Positions 61,151 through 64,000 of a stretch of 64,000 nucleotides of DNA are shown piece after piece. The notes beneath the pieces were generated by a model, which was not told where the DNA came from, did no database searches, and was given only the letters and a program-made list of their open reading frames with translations. Source of the DNA: Macrostomum lignano (Eukaryota); assembly GCA_002269645.1 (NCBI GenBank), contig NIVC01002235.1, positions 124,001 through 188,000 on the forward strand. The letters are read 5' to 3'. Position 1 is the stretch's first letter. Every line of letters begins with the position of its first letter. Position numbers and translations under genes: made by a program.

Positions 61151-64000
61151 CTAAAAATGTATATGATGCATGCATATGCTACCGGTTGTATTACTAGGTA
61201 CTATATTTTTAGTACACCTGCTGTACATGTATGCAAATATTTCAACGGTGCTAATACTAGTAGTATAATAATGATATGTTATCCATTCCATGAAATGCTG
61301 GGGCACCATATGCAGATGAAATCGCTATAGGGATGCAGAATTAGTTGTTACATGTAAACCTGTCGTGCCGCGAAGGGAGCTACATGTACGTAACAGTAAT
61401 AGTGTAGGTTGCGGGCCGACAAACCAAATTTGTTTTTAGACTGTTCATTTGGTTTACATGTACGTTTAATATGTTAATAACGGCACTTTACATGTATGTA
61501 ATTGAATAAAAATTCAACGAGGTCCACTCGATCAGGACTGTGTAACAAGAAATCATTCATATATTAGATCCTCAATTAAAGAGCGCGCCCGTGCACTGGT
61601 AGTATTTTCATCGAAATTTCCCAACAGAATACACACAAGAGTATTTATTCTATTTCGGAATCTACGCAGGTGTATTTTTTGCACAATGGTAGAATGGGTA
61701 AAAAAATCACAGGGTTTGGCATGTTGTTTCATTGTATACTAGGCCCACACAGGGAGCGATTCAAAAGCAATAAAATTTTCAAAAATTTTTATGTTCCATA
61801 TACAATAATGTAATACACTAACTGTATTTAGTAAAAAAGTTTGCTATCTTAAAATTTTACCATATATTTGTTTAAATGGTCAACGTATAAATCGCATCAA
61901 TATGACGTTGAATAAGCAGGTCCTCAATCTGCTTAGTACTCAACTGCTTCAGTAGTTAGTGTCAGACTGGATCATCAGGACACATATGGGCGATATGGCT
62001 TATGTCGTATGACGTTAAACATATGTTAATTTTTCATTGACATTAGAAGGCCTATAATTTTTATAAAATATTATGTATTACCTACCTAATTTATATTTAA
62101 TTTAGATCTATATTCCTGAAAGCATTGGTAGGCCCATTAAAGTGCTATCCTAGGCTTAATTTTTGTTGAGTAGGGGCCTAAATTAAATTAAGAGTACATA
62201 GCAATGGCCTAGGCAAATTTAACAATGAGCAGAACTCAAAAAAGTTAAGCATTGGCAATATTTGTGAGAGCTAAAATTGCAGCTAGTATTGTATAAAATA
62301 TCAATAACCCAAAGGCCAAAGCTAGGCCTAATGTCATAGGCTTAACCCATAGGCCTATATGGCCTTATGATAAGGCCATGGCCATCTATAATATTCCCTT
62401 TTAGATTTGAAACAAAATAGTACAAATGAGATTGAGAATTTATAGGCCTAGTAGGTGGTGCTGTGATGGTCTAGCCTAGCTTTTTATGTTAAGAAGTAAA
62501 GACAAAGTAGTAATTATTAAAGTAGTAGGCCTAATAAATAGGCTATTAATTAATTTGTTATAATTAGACCTAGACATTTCATATTTATACAATTATATAG
62601 GCCTATTAAAAAGTTTTGGCAATAATATGCTGTGTGCACTTATACTATAGGCTAGTAGGCCTAGCTAGGATCAAATTGTTTGTGGTTAGTTTGCTAGGAT
62701 ATATTACTTTGTCTATTGTCAGTTAATTTGCTAGCAGATAAAATGAGTTTTTAGTGGTGGGTATGTTTATTGTTTGTTTAGTATAATTATGAGGTAGGGG
62801 TTAAGAAAGAAAATAAAAAAAATTTGGATTTGGATTTTCCTTGTAACTGATTGGCATTGAGTTTGCACAAATGAATACAGAAATGGTGCAGACGAATCAC
62901 AACAAATTGCTTTCTCCTGTTTTATTTCAACAGCCGGGGTCCTCAAATTCTGGGGGGAGGGTAGTCGTAATCATAGCGGAGCAGTCTTGTAGTGGCACGG
63001 TCATTCAAACAATAATACACTAGAGATTTTGGCGTCATAAAATTAATGTGTTAATTTGCTGAGCTGGTTACTTTTGGTAGGGTAGTTGCTGCCACCACTA
63101 TAATTTAAATATTTTGGAACAAATTAAGTCTTAGAGCTTTCTTTGAGATGAGAACTTTGGTTTTTTTATGCCCCATAGGCAAATGACTCAAGCAATACTA
63201 TGGCTTATGTCAACAGATAAATGTGGTGTTTATGTTTATTAAGTTTCATTTATTATTTAGCAGGCTTAATAAAAAAGTTACTAATGCTATTTATAATTAG
63301 GACAATTACTGAGCTTTGCATTTAATTTATTATGACGACAATGATTGTGGGCGCCAGTGCGCAAAACGAGTTAAGAAAGTAAAATTGAACTAAACTTGGC
63401 AAAAGAAAACTGAAGTGAAGGAGGAGAAGAAATGCATGAACCTAAGGTGGCACGTCATAGGCTGTATAAATATTAATGGGGAGGCCACAGTCAATGAGTG
63501 GGCTGCCACTGGTTGCACTGGTGGACCAAAATCCTAGACGTGGACACAACAGATGGAACAGCTTTAATGACATGCAAATTGAGAAAATAAAACAAAAAAT
63601 TTAAGCAAAATTCCAGCAGGGGAAAACTGTTTTTTTCATAGAATGGGATGACAAAACACTTGCTAGATCTCTAATCAAAGGAACATGAGAAAAAATGATT
63701 AGCAAACAGACAAGAAAAAATTAACTCTTTTGTGAGCAGTTTGAAAGGCTATTAAAAAATAAAACAGTTAATTAAAATTCAGACCAGTTGCACCCAACTG
63801 CCACAATTATATGACATAAATACTATATATTGTATGATTAGTTAATTAATTCAGGTATAATTTAGCCATCAATATTCAAAGCAAAAAACAAATTATTATA
63901 GTTTATTTATACACTGCATAATATAATTTAAAGAGATGACACTATGTAATTTAGCTTTCATTTTTAACTGTGATTTTAATCTTTGATTTTTATATTTTAA

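Overview
Eukaryotic, repeat-rich animal genomic DNA with GT-AG introns. Style suggests a free-living flatworm such as Macrostomum (inference only, no database check). Host genes: a PKD2/polycystin-2 channel (minus, 3593-12446) with two tandem 114-nt alternative exons; an SLC7A1-3-like cationic amino acid transporter (16578-19982); a WD40 fragment; a secreted fibrinogen-related protein (23174-24856); and ZC4H2 (48126-58109). The most notable locus is a five-exon, phase-consistent gene (minus, 35905-32255, 1099 aa) that fuses a Mab-21/cGAS-like domain, about six ankyrin repeats and a caspase domain with an intact His/Cys dyad. Its nucleotidyltransferase acidic motif looks degenerate. An upstream ankyrin ORF can splice onto it in frame except for one TAA. 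The rest is minisatellites, two tRNA-derived SINE families, a TSD-flanked 5'-inverted RTE nested in a TIR element that itself splits a SINE, a decayed RTE, and gypsy, P-element, Crypton and hAT remnants, plus a BEN-like ORF between inverted subterminal repeats. Single-base frameshifts in conserved genes suggest long-read assembly errors. Exon coordinates were read by hand.
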